This document shows, one piece after another, positions 27,200-37,995 of a stretch of DNA of 64,000 bases (positions are counted from its first letter, which is position 1; each line of letters opens with the position of its first letter). A program made the position numbers and the translations under genes. The notes beneath the pieces are model-generated. The model was not told the origin of the DNA. It worked only from the letters and a program-made list of their open reading frames with translations, and made no database searches. The stretch comes from Basidiobolus meristosporus CBS 931.73 (Eukaryota > Fungi > Basidiobolomycota), in NCBI GenBank assembly GCA_002104905.1, contig MCFE01000161.1:1-64000 (forward strand), read 5' to 3'.

Positions 27200-28440
27200 C
27201 ATTAGTGAAGGTCTGGAAGTTGTCAATTTCTTCAAACTTGTCCAACCCCCCTGAACTTTGCTCACAGCTTCCTGAAACCTTTTTTAAGCCATTCCTAACA
27301 TTAGTCTTACAAAGTTCCACTCAAAGTACAAATACTTTATTTGAACTCATTCAAGCAACATGTGCATATCATGCAACACTTCTGGTTGTCCAACCACTTC
27401 TAATATTCCCTAGACACTTGCAATATTATCAGAACTTTTTAGACTTATCCAATAGCCTTCAGGCCCTCAAAACCACCACTGGAGATCACTGATCCAAAAT
27501 CCTCATAATTGGTTTTGCAAAGTTCCTATCAATGTGTACAGCCTTACTTGCACCTAATTAACAAGAACAGATCATGTGACCCTTGCCTTTCTCCAGGCAT
27601 GCTCAATACTCTCTAGAATCTTGCAACAAATAGCACCCTACCAGGTAAATATAACTTTTGGTATTTTACAACTCATATTTCAACTAATGATGTAGGAGTT
27701 TGGGGATGTTGGCAGTGATTAGGAGTACATGCAGATTATGTGGCTTTTGTTTAATGATTTATTGAATGTAAAAGTAATAGTTACACTTTGACATAGTCTT
27801 GGCCTAACATACATATAAAACATGCTAAGGAAGGTTCCAAGAGCATGTGTGCAAAGCTTAGGGCTGTTTAATCAGTGCTGAGATATTTAATGCTTCAATA
27901 TTCTGAGGAGTATTAGAAGTGATGTGGAAAACTAGAGGATTTAGATGTAATTCACTTGCAGATTTATTGTTAAAAAGTATGGGAATTCTACTTTTGATTA
28001 AGTAAAGCAAAGAAGCCTGAAGAGCTTGTTAAGGAGGGTCACAAGAATATATGTGCAAAGTTTGGGGTCTTTTGGGCAACTTTAAAAAAGGCCGTATTCT
28101 TGGTACCTGTAAATGTGGTGAAAATACTCCAAGTAAATCCCAACAAGAAATTAGGTTAGGGCAGAATGCTGTTACAGTGCAAGATCTATGTGCTCAAGGT
28201 AGCATGAATATCTCAGTGATAGCTCAATTACTACTGTTGTAAGAGTCTTGGAGATATTGGAAGTGATTGGGAGGACAAGTAGATTATGTGGTTTTCACTT
28301 AATGATTTATTGAATGTAAAAGTAGTATATATACATTTACAGGGTATTGGCAAGACAAACACATAGAATAGGTTTAGGAAGGTCCCAAGAGCATGTCTGC
28401 AAAGTCTGGGGCTGTCTGAACAACTTTGAGAATATATATC
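27200..28440. repeat. Old degenerate LTR fragments: inverted copy ~27200-27500, copies ~27690-27890 and ~27900-28200, truncated copy 28235-~28440
   Basis: Recognisable LTR blocks such as ttattgaatgtaaaagta, ggaaggt.ccaagagcatgtgtgcaaag and tgttgtaagagtcttggagatattggaagtgattggga. 27202-27245 is also the reverse complement of a block at ~38505-38545. Confidence 0.8.
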
Positions 28441-28578
28441 TTGATTCCAATCTGCAGAAGGGTATCCCACTTAAGCCTGATCAGATTCCTTAAAAGTGTA
28501 TTTTGAGCACATATCAGCAACTCCTTTTAAATATCTGGAAATATGCTTAACTGCCAATATGTAATCAGGTTTGTATTT

Positions 28579-29110
28579 TGTTGCAAGCATTTTGGAGATA
28601 TTGGAAGTAAATGGGGGTAAAAGTTAAATACAAGGTGCTCACCCAAGGATATATTGAATGTAAAAGTAGTATTTATACTTTTTCATGATCTTGACAAGAC
28701 AAACACATCAAGTATGCTTAGGAAGGTCCCAGAAGCATGTGTGCAAAGCTGGGGCTGTTTGAACAGCTTTGAAAATTTTCATATCTTGGGTACCTGTTAT
28801 TTTAGTGAAAATATTCTGTGAATCCCAACAAGAAACTGTGTCAGGAGTCTATAAGATTTGTGGGCAATGATCCAAGTGACTAAGGTGAATTCTCAAATGT
28901 ATTTACAAAATTTATAACACTTGCACTAAACTAATTATTCATGTTAACTAATCCTAATTATGATCCAAGATATTTAAACTTGACTTTAGCCAATAGTATG
29001 GTAAGTATGTCTGTATTCATTTAATCTGTGGGACAGTAAACTAGGTTAACTAACTTATTTCCTATAATTCATATATGAAGTGTAGTCTAATATCTATTTG
29101 CTTAGTTCAG
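28579..29110 (-). mobile_element. 3' LTR (28579-28919), degenerate PPT and RNase H tail of an older copia copy
   Basis: LTR homology from tgttgcaag to taaca, followed by cttgcact (PPT-like) and sequence homologous to the RNase H end at 32325-32460. Confidence 0.75.
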
Positions 29111-29179
29111 CAGTGAAAATTGGTAATTCCATCAGAATACTCACCTAACTTGGTTGCCTAAAGCGTTACCTACATATTT

Positions 29180-29450
29180 CTGAGAATACTGACCAGATTC
29201 CTTGTTAGGATTTATTAATAATATTTTCACCAATGTATCAGGTACCAACAACATGAGAACTCTCAAAGCTGCCCAAACAGCCCCAAACCTTGCACACATG
29301 CTCTTGGAGTTTTTCTAAACATACTCTATGTGCCAATTCATCTAGATCATGTAAAAGTACAAATATCACACTTAAATCTTAATAAATCTCAATGTGAAAA
29401 CCACATTATCTATTTGTTCTCCCAATCACTTCCAATATTTCCAAAACTCT
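29180..29450 (+). repeat. Degenerate LTR fragment in opposite orientation
   Basis: Aligns with solo LTR 37646-37995 (gagaatactgacca.attccttgt..ggattta; cagccccaaac.ttgcacacatg.tcttgg; gttctcccaatcacttccaatat). Confidence 0.8.
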
Positions 29451-31964
29451 GAGAGCATAGAATAGGTTTAAGAAGGTCCCAGGAGCTGGTGTGTAGTGTC
29501 AGGGACAGTATGGGAAATACTGAGAGATTTCATGTTCTGTGACCTGATATTTTGTTGAAAAGTTCCAAGTAAGTCTCAACAAGGAATTTGGTCAAGATTC
29601 TCTAAGATTTGTAGGTACAAGTCTAAGTGACCAAGCTAGATGAAGCTTGGGTGTATTGACAAGATCTAATCACTCCCACTTATCTAAATATTCATATTAC
29701 ATAGTACTAATTGTGATCAAAGATATGCAAATTTGCCACTTGCTAATGATTTGGTGAATATGTCTACAATCATATTATCTGTTGAACAGTAGACTAAGTT
29801 ATCTAAGTAATCTTCTATGGCTACCAATATGAAATCTAGATTGTCCATTTGGTACTTCTTCAGTGTATCATGAGTATATTTGGGCTAGCTTACAGTCATA
29901 GTCTGGGTACTACTGTTCATGGAGAACTTTATCCCTAAGTAGTAATTGAGCTCTCCTAGCTTGGATATTTTGAACTCCTTGGATATGTGGGTTTTAGTTG
30001 CTTCTAATATTTTTTGGTTATTGGTGGCTATTATAAGATAGTCCACATAGAGAGCTAATAGAACCAAATTTGCTCTATCTAATGTATAGCAGATACTATA
30101 GTCAGCAGTACCACTTTGCAAACTCAGAGATTCCAAACATAAGTCCATCATTCAATGTTCCTAATGATTATTTAAGACCATAGAGAAATTTTTCAGCTTG
30201 AAGACCAAACAGGGGCTATTGTGATCAGAAACCTCATCAGACTGGTCCATGTAAACATTCTTATTAGTTTCTCATTCAAGAATGCAGTTTTTCCATCCAC
30301 TTGATGAATAACAAACTTGTGTTTAACAACAACAGTCAATAGTAGTCCAATGAAAATAAACTTGGCTACCACTGCAAAGGTTTCAGTGTAATTTAGTCCT
30401 CTTGATTGAGTGTATCCATTGGTCACCTGTCTTGCTTTGTATCTTTGAATTTTAACATGAGCCTTGAATTTTGTTGTGAAGGCCCAGCTGCATCAAAATG
30501 ATTTTCAGTTGATTGGTAATTTGATCAAGTCCCAAGTTTGATTTTCCTGCAGGGTTGGTATTCCTGAGTCATTGCAGATCTCCCAAACTTTGCTCAAGGG
30601 AATTTTATGGCCTACTTACTGTCTGGGGCTCATCAACTTGAACCAAATAGGCATAGGCTTTATATGTACCATCATTGATATAGTAATTTGGGCTATTTCA
30701 GATCTGTTTGGATATTTTGCCTTGTGATAATGAAATTATGACTTCTAAGGTATTCCTGGCCACTGCTTCAGGCTGAAACATGGTTGTAAAGTCCTCAGTG
30801 GTGAAAAAATATTCACTCTTTGCTATGCTTCAAGCCTAAATACCAGTGGGCTTAAAATTGAATTTTTGTCATCATTTAATGATGTTTTTGTGAAAATGGT
30901 AAATTTTCATCAGAAACACATCACTATAGTTGCTCAGCTACTTGTCTCAAGTATTGCAAACTCTGTGTGCCTTGCTCTCATGGCACTAGTACAAAAATAT
31001 GCATTTTACACTTTGGGTCATCAAATGACTGATTTCCAGGCAGCTTCTTGGCAGATGCTGTGCAATCAAATATTCTTGGATGCACTACACTTGGTCTATG
31101 ACCATACCATGCCTCAAGTGGGGTAGAATCACAAAGTATTCTTCTATTACTGCTACTCTTATGGTATACAGTGGTAGCAACTAATTCTGCCCAAACATCA
31201 AAGAATAATTTTTGATCATAGATCATGGATCTTGCCACACCAATTATTGATGTGTTTGCACATTCTGACACTCTGTTTTGCTACCAAGAGTATGGTACAG
31301 TAGTCTCTTGCTTTATACCATGAGCTTTGCTGAAGTGAATGAGAAGTTTAAGGTACATACTCCATTATTTTTGTGTTAATTTTCTTAACAATCCTACCAG
31401 TGTCTCTCAGCATCTTGACTTTAAGCTCCAGGAGCTTAGACAGAGGTACTTCCTCTCTTTCCATGAGATAGACCCATTTTTAACTTGTATAATCAACTAT
31501 CAATGTGATTAAATTCTTCATTGTACTCAAGGTTAGCTTTTCATAGGTCCATACAGATTTGAGTGAAAAAGATCTAATTTTTTCTTGGTTTTGATCAATG
31601 TACAGATCTTGAACAGTTTCCTGACTTACTTTCCATGTATGCAGCCTTCACAGTGTGCCAAACTTGAAAGTAAGTGTATGGCTTCAATCACTACTCCTGA
31701 GGCTTGCTTGAATAGTCCCCTGTCCAACTGCATCTAGTGTCCTACTTTCACCCATGAAAATCTTCTTAATAGGAGCCGTATTTTTAGTGTTTCAAGTATT
31801 ATAAAGCTCCAGAGTCAATATACCACATTTGAGAGTCCTTGATTGTGGTCATACTTAGTGTGTATATGAGTAGTTTATCTTCAGCTGTTGCTGCACTTCC
31901 ATATACAGGCTTTTTCTGCAAATTATCACCCCTTTTGAAGCACTGGTCTGATGTGGGTCCTTTT

Positions 31965-32313
31965 TGTTGTAAGAGTCTTGGAGATATTGGAAGTGATTGG
32001 GAGAACAAGTAGATTATGTGGTTTTCACTTAATGATTTATTGAATGTAAAAGTAGTATTTATACTTTTACCTGGTCTTGGCATTACAAACACGTAGAATA
32101 GGTTAAGGAAGGTCCCAAGAACATGTGTGCAAAGTTTGGGGCTGTTTGGACGACTTTGAGAATTTTCATGTTCTGGGTACCTGGTATTTTGGTGAAAATA
32201 TTCTAATTAAATCCCGACAAGGAATTTGGTCAGTATTCTCTAGGATTTGAAGGTGATGATCTAAGTGACTAAGTTAGGTGAATATTTAGGTGGAATTACA
32301 AACTTTTTCAACA
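31965..32313 (-). repeat. 3' LTR of the young copia element
   Basis: Direct repeat of 36306-36654; adjoins the PPT. Confidence 0.97.
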
Positions 32314-32321
32314 CTCCCACT
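32314..32321 (-). promoter_or_regulatory. Polypurine tract (AGTGGGAG)
   Basis: Immediately precedes the 3' LTR on the minus strand, 3 nt after the pol stop codon. Confidence 0.9.
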
Positions 32322-32324
32322 CAG

Positions 32325-35300
32325 CTAAATGTTCATACTGACTAGTCCTAATTTTGACCTAAGATATTCAAACTTGTCTCTAGCTAATGGTTTGGTAAAT
32401 ATGTCTGCAATCATTTCATCTGTAGGACAGTAAACTAAGCTAACTAAGTTATTCTCTATAGCTTCTTGTATGAAATGATGTCTAGTATCTATGTGCTTGG
32501 TTCTAGCATGAAAAGTTGGATTTCTACCTAATTGTATACATCCTTGATTATCTTGAAATAAAGTAATAGGCGTTTTTTGGCATAGGCCTAAATCTGTAAA
32601 GAGCTTTCTTACCAACATTGCTTCTTTTGTAGCTTCACAGGCTGCCATATACTCTGCCTCTGTAGTAGAAAGTGCTACGGTTGGTTGCTTTCTTGAATTC
32701 CATGAAATGGCTCCTTTACAGTAAAGAAAGGTGTATCCTGTGGTGGATCTTCTGTCTTCCAAATTTTGTCCCCAGTCAGCATCAGAGTATCCCACAAGAT
32801 CCTGTTCTGAATCCTTATAAGTGTATCTTAAGCAGGCATCAGCAGTTTCTTTTAGGTATCTAAAAATCCGCTTAACTGCTGCAATATGATCAGATCCATA
32901 GTTCTGATTATGTTGGCTGACAACTCCCACTGAATATGAGATATCTGGATGTGTTCCAAGCATGATATACATCAGACTGCCAACCATAGATTGATAAGGA
33001 AAGTCAGGGCTTTCAGATGGCACCAAGCTCTCTTGATTTGGTTGAGTTTTGACCAAGTTAAGGTTTGTCTCCATTGGGGTAGCTGCCGGTTTACAGTCTT
33101 CCATTTTGTACTTCTTTAGTATATCTTGAGTATACTTGGATTGGCTTAGGGTAATAGTCTGGGTACTTCTGTCTATGGAGAACTTAATCCCTAAGTAGCA
33201 ACTAAGTTCTCCTAGATTGGACATCTTGAACTCCTTAGATAGGCTGGATTTAGTCTCTTCCAATGTTTCTAGGTTATTGGCAGCTATAATAAGATCATCC
33301 ACATATAGAGCTAATAGAACTGGATTTGCTCTATCTGGCTTATAGTATATACTATAGTCAGCATTACTCCTTTTGAAACTCAAGGATTCCAAATAAGAAT
33401 CTATCTTGCAATTCCAGGCTCTTGGTGATTGTTTGAGACCATAGAGTGACTTTTTAAGCTTGCAGACCAAATGGGGGTTATCTTGGTCAACAAACCCATC
33501 AGGCTGGTCCATATACACGTCCTCATCAAGTTCTCCATTCAAAAATGCAGCTTTTACATCCATTTGATGAATAAAAAACTTATATTTGGCTGCAATAGCC
33601 AATATTAATTTGATGGAATTAAACTTGGCTACTGGTGCAAAGGTCTCAGTACAGTCAAGTCCTTTTGTTTGAGAGTATCCTTTGGCTACAAGTCTTGCTT
33701 TTTATCTTGCAATTGTACCATCAGCCTTGTATTTTGTCTTGAGGACCCATCTGCATCCAATTGATTTTTGGTTGATTGGTAATTTGACTAAGTCCCAAGT
33801 TTGATTTTCCATCAGGGCCTGATATTCCTCAGTCATTGCAGATCTCCAAAACTTTGTCTGAGGGCTATTTAGGGCCTCTTTTACAGTCTGGGGTTCATCA
33901 ATATGGACTGAATAGGCATAGGCTAAGTTTGTACCCTCATTAATAAAGTAATTTGGGCTATTTCTTGTCCAATTTGATCTCCAGGCATTTGATACTGGAA
34001 TGATCACTTCTGGGATATTCTTGGGCACTGGTTCTAGCTGAACCACGGTTGTAGAGTCCTCTGGAGTGAAAAAATTTTCATTGTTTTGCTCTGATTCAAT
34101 CCTGACAATTGGTGGACTTGAGATCAAATTTTTGTCATCATCTGATGTTGTTTTTTGTGAAAATTTTGAATTTTCATCAAACAACACATGCCTGGACTTG
34201 ATCAGCTTCTTTGCTTTGGTATTGTAGAGTCTGTATGCCTTACTCTCATTGCAGTAGCCCAAAAATATGCATTTTACACTTTTTGGCTCAAATTTTGACT
34301 GATTTCCGGCCAGTTTTTTGGCATATGCTGTACACCCAAATATTCTTAGATGTTCTGCACTTGGTCTGTATCCATACCATGCTTCAAATGGAGTAGAATC
34401 ACAAAGTATTCTGTTATAACTCCTATTTTTAAGGTATACAGCAGTGGCAACTGATTCCGCTCAAAAATCATAGGATAATTTTTGATCATGGATCATAGAT
34501 CTTGCCATATCAATTATTGATCTGTTAGCTTGTTCTGCTACTCCATTTTGCTGTGGGGAGTATGGTACATTAGTCTCTTGCTTTATCCCATGAATTTTGC
34601 AGAAGTGGATGAAGAGTTTTGAGGTATATTCTCCACCATTGTCAGAGCGTATTTTCTTGATTTTTTCACCAGTTTCTCTCTCCACCATGGCTTTAAACTC
34701 CCTGAACTTAGACAGAGCTTCTTCCTTTCTCTCCATGAAGTAGACCCATGTGTATCTTGTATAATCATCAATAAAAGTGATTAAATACTTCATCCCGCCT
34801 AAGGATAAATTTTGCATAGGTCCACACAGATCTGAGTGAATTAGATCTAATTTTTTTTTAGTTTTGATTAACCCAGAGCTCTTGAACGGTTGTCTGGCTT
34901 GTTTCCCATATATGCAGGCTTCACAGTGCTCCAAATTAGCTGGGGAATCAATTTTCACTCCAGAAATTAGCTGATCTTTGATCATTTTACGCAAATAATC
35001 AATATTGATGTGCCCAAATCTCCTGTGCCAAAGCATTGGTGTTTCTTCATTTAAGTTACCTATATTGGCTTCCAGATATGATGGAATATAAGTCAACTTG
35101 TATAGATTTTGATCTCTGATGCCCAAAGCAATATAGGCACCATTTTGATCAGTGATCCTGCATCCAGAATTGTCAAAACTGAAACTGAGTCCTTCTGCTG
35201 TGGCCTTGCTTACAGAGAGTAGGTTCTTGGCTATTTCTGGTACATAGAGTACTTCTTTAAAGGTCAGTGTATGGCTTCCTTCACTGCTTCTTAGGTTTAC

Positions 35301-36301
35301 TTGGATAGTTCCTTCTCCCACTGCATCAAGTGTTCTATTGACACCCATGAAAACCTTCTTAATTGGAATTTCTTGATATTGGGCAAAAAGTTCTTTTTGG
35401 TGTGTAAAGTGTTGAGAAGCTCCAGAGTCAATATACCATGTCTGAGATTCCTTGTTTGTGGTCATATTTAGTGCAGATATGAATAGTCTATCTTCAGTTG
35501 TTGCCACATTTCCATATTCAGGCTTCTTTTGCTGATTATCTTTCTTTTTGAGACACCAGTCTGATGTGTGTCCTTTCCTTTTGCAGTAGTTACAAAACAG
35601 GTTGCTGTTGCCTTTGTAGGGTCTTGGGTACCTCCTTTGTTGGTTATCATTGCTTATTAAAGCATTTTCTTCTTCCTTCTTATTGGCGCTTGATTTTCTT
35701 AATTCTTCATCCAGGAGCCTTCCATGTACGTAATTAAGGTCAAATCTTCAGTTCTGGACTCTAGGGCTGATACAAGGCCCTGAAACTTGTCTGTCAGGCT
35801 ATTCAGGATGGTAACTATCACATCCTCATCAGTAGTTGGTACGCCCACAGATTCCATCTCATCTACCAGCAGGGTAGTTCTGTTAATTAGATTTTTCATT
35901 TCTTCCCCTGGCAGCATCTTTGTAGTAAAGAATTTTTGTCTCAGATACATTTTCTTGGCAGCTGAACATGACTGGTAGGTGTCTTCTAATGCTTTCCAGG
36001 CATTCTTTGCCGTTTTTGCTCTTGAGCATTGAATTAGCAATTTGTCCTTGACATTAAGGCAAATGCAGTTAAAGGCACTTTGTTCTTTCTTCTGGTACTT
36101 TAAGGCTTCCTCTCCCACGTTTTTAGGAGGGCATTCTTCCCCCATGACAATATCCCAAAGGCCTCTTTCTTGTAGCAGCATCTTCATCTTCATCTTCACC
36201 TTCCACACTTGGTAGTTAGATCCATCCAACTTTTCAGCAGAGGGAAAAATTCCAGTAATAGCAGTAGTAGACATTGCAGAGAGTGACAGCTTGGGGCTCA
36301 T
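32325..36301 (-). pseudogene. Copia gag-pol polyprotein with one frameshift (~35733) and two in-frame stops (34461-34463, 33702-33704)
   Basis: Gag KLDGSNYQVWK; zinc knuckle CNYCKRKGHTSDWC; protease WYIDSGASQH; GAG-pre-integrase WHRRFGH..CEAC; integrase HSDLCGP / DNGGEY / QQNGVAE; RT QMDVKAAFLNG and YVDDL; RNase H GYSDADW / HIDTRHHF / ADIFTK. Confidence 0.95.
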
Positions 36302-36305
36302 AACC
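36294..36305 (-). promoter_or_regulatory. Primer-binding site GGTTATGAGCCC (copia type, internal initiator-tRNA-Met fragment primer)
   Basis: Abuts the 3' end of the 5' LTR and closely matches the GGTTATGGGCCC PBS of Drosophila copia-lineage elements. Confidence 0.88.
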
Positions 36306-36654
36306 TGTTGTAAGAGTCTTGGAGATATTGGAAGTGATTGGGAGAACAAGTAGATTATGTGGTTTTCACTTTATGATTTATTGAATGTAAAAGTAGTATT
36401 TATACTTTTACCTGGTCTTGGCATTACAAACACATAGAATAGGTTAAGGAAGGTCCCAAGAACATGTGTGCAAAGTTTGGGGCTGTTTGGACAACTTTGA
36501 GAATTTTCATGTTCTGGGTACCTGGTATTTTGGTGAAAATATTCTAATTAAATCCCGACAAGGAATTTGGTCAGTATTCTCTAGGATTTGAAGGTGATCA
36601 TCTAAGTGACTAAGTTAGGTGAATATTTAGGTGGAATTACGAATTTTTACAACA
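36306..36654 (-). repeat. 5' LTR of the young copia element
   Basis: Direct repeat of 31965-32313, with 8-bp terminal inverted repeats TGTTGTAA/TTACAACA. Confidence 0.97.
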
Positions 36655-36922
36655 CTTTTCATTTGCAGTAACTGCAAGACCAGTTGCTGTTGCCTTCAAA
36701 GGGTCTCAAGTGCCTTCTTTGGTGGTTATCATTGCTTATTAAAGCAATTTCTTCCACCTTATTATTGGCACCTGATTTTCTCAATTCCTCATCCAACAGC
36801 CATACTTCTATGCAATTTAAAATCAAATCTCTAGTCCTAGACTCTAGGGCTGATATAAGACCCTGAGACCTGCCTGTCAGGCTATTCAGGAAGGTATGTA
36901 TTGCATTTTTGTTGGTAGTTTG

Positions 36923-37273
36923 TGTTGTAAGAGTCTTGAAGATATTGGAAGTGATTTGGGAGGACAAGTAGATTATGTTGTTTTCACTTAATGATTTATT
37001 GAATGTAAAAATAGTATTTATACTTTTACATGGTCTTGGTATAGCCAACACATAATGTGAGTTAAGGGAGGCTCAAAGAACATGTGTGCAAAGTTTGGGG
37101 CTGTTTTGAAAACTTTGAGAATTTTCATGTTTGGGGTACCTGGTATTTTGGTGAAAATATTCCAAGTAAATCCCAACAAGGAATTTGGTCAGTATTCTCT
37201 AGGATTTGAAGGTAATGACCCAAGTGACTAAGTTAGGTGAATATTCAGGTGGAATTTTGGATTTTTAACAACA
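36923..37273 (-). mobile_element. Solo LTR with TSD GTTTG, inserted in the host gag
   Basis: Full LTR, with gtttg at 36918-36922 and 37274-37278. Removing it restores host gag ..LGTQTTNKNAIHTFLNSL, which is homologous to VGVPTTDEDVIVTILNSL in the young element. Confidence 0.95.
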
Positions 37274-37645
37274 GTTTGTGTGCCCAAAAGTTTGAACTAA
37301 TCAACCAACAGGGTATTTCTATCAGAAAGATTTTTCATTTCTTATGGAAGCATCTTTGTTGCAAAGAATATTTTTTCAAAGTTCATTTTCTTAGCAGCTG
37401 AGCCTGACTGGTAGGTGAAGGCAGTTTGCAATTTCTTCTGGTACTTTAAGGCTTCTTCTCCAACACCTATAGGAGGACACTTGTCTACCAAGACAATATC
37501 TCAAGGACTTCTTTCCTGAAGCATCAACTTCATCACCACCTTTCATACTTGGCTTTTAGATCCATAGTCATTTTTGTGAGTATATAGGTATATTTACAAA
37601 ATCTGCACCAAGTGAGGGTATGCTCATTGTTTTGAAGGTTAATTG

Positions 37646-37995
37646 TGTTGTAAAAATTCGTATTTTCCACCTAAATATTCACCTAACTTAGTCACTTAGA
37701 TCATTACCTTCAAATCCTAGAGAATACTGACCAAATTCCTTGTCGGGATTTACTTAGAATATTTTCACCAAAATACCAGGTACCCAGAACATGAAAATTC
37801 TCAAAGTCGTCCAAACAGCCCCAAACTTTGCACACATGTTCTTGGGACCTTCCTTAACCTATTCTACGTGTTTGTAATGCCAAGACCATGTAAAAGTATA
37901 AATACTACTTTTACATTCAATAAATCATTAAGTGAAAACCACATAATCTACTTGTTCTCCAAATCACTTCCAATATCTCCAAGACTCTTACAACA
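37646..37995 (+). mobile_element. Solo LTR in opposite orientation with TSD AATTG
   Basis: Full 350-bp LTR from tgttgtaaaaattcg to ctcttacaaca, with aattg at 37641-37645 and 37996-38000. Confidence 0.95.

Larger units (their letters stand above)
31965..36654 (-). mobile_element. Near-intact Ty1/copia retrotransposon, 4690 bp, with 5-bp TSD CTTTT
   Basis: LTRs 31965-32313 and 36306-36654 (349 bp, TGTTG...CAACA, 7 mismatches by eye). CTTTT flanks both ends (31960-31964 and 36655-36659). PBS and PPT present. Domain order is gag-PR-IN-RT-RH. Confidence 0.97.
29455..37570 (-). mobile_element. Older, decayed copia host element, interrupted by the young element and a solo LTR
   Basis: Partial 3' LTR ending at 29672 and PPT ctcccact at 29673-29680. 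RT fragments (LYVDYL, HQVDGKTAFLN) at 29885-30426, integrase (WAELVATTVY) at 30978-31271, protease WYIDSGA at ~31800. The gag continues at 36655-36922 and 37274-~37570. Confidence 0.85.
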
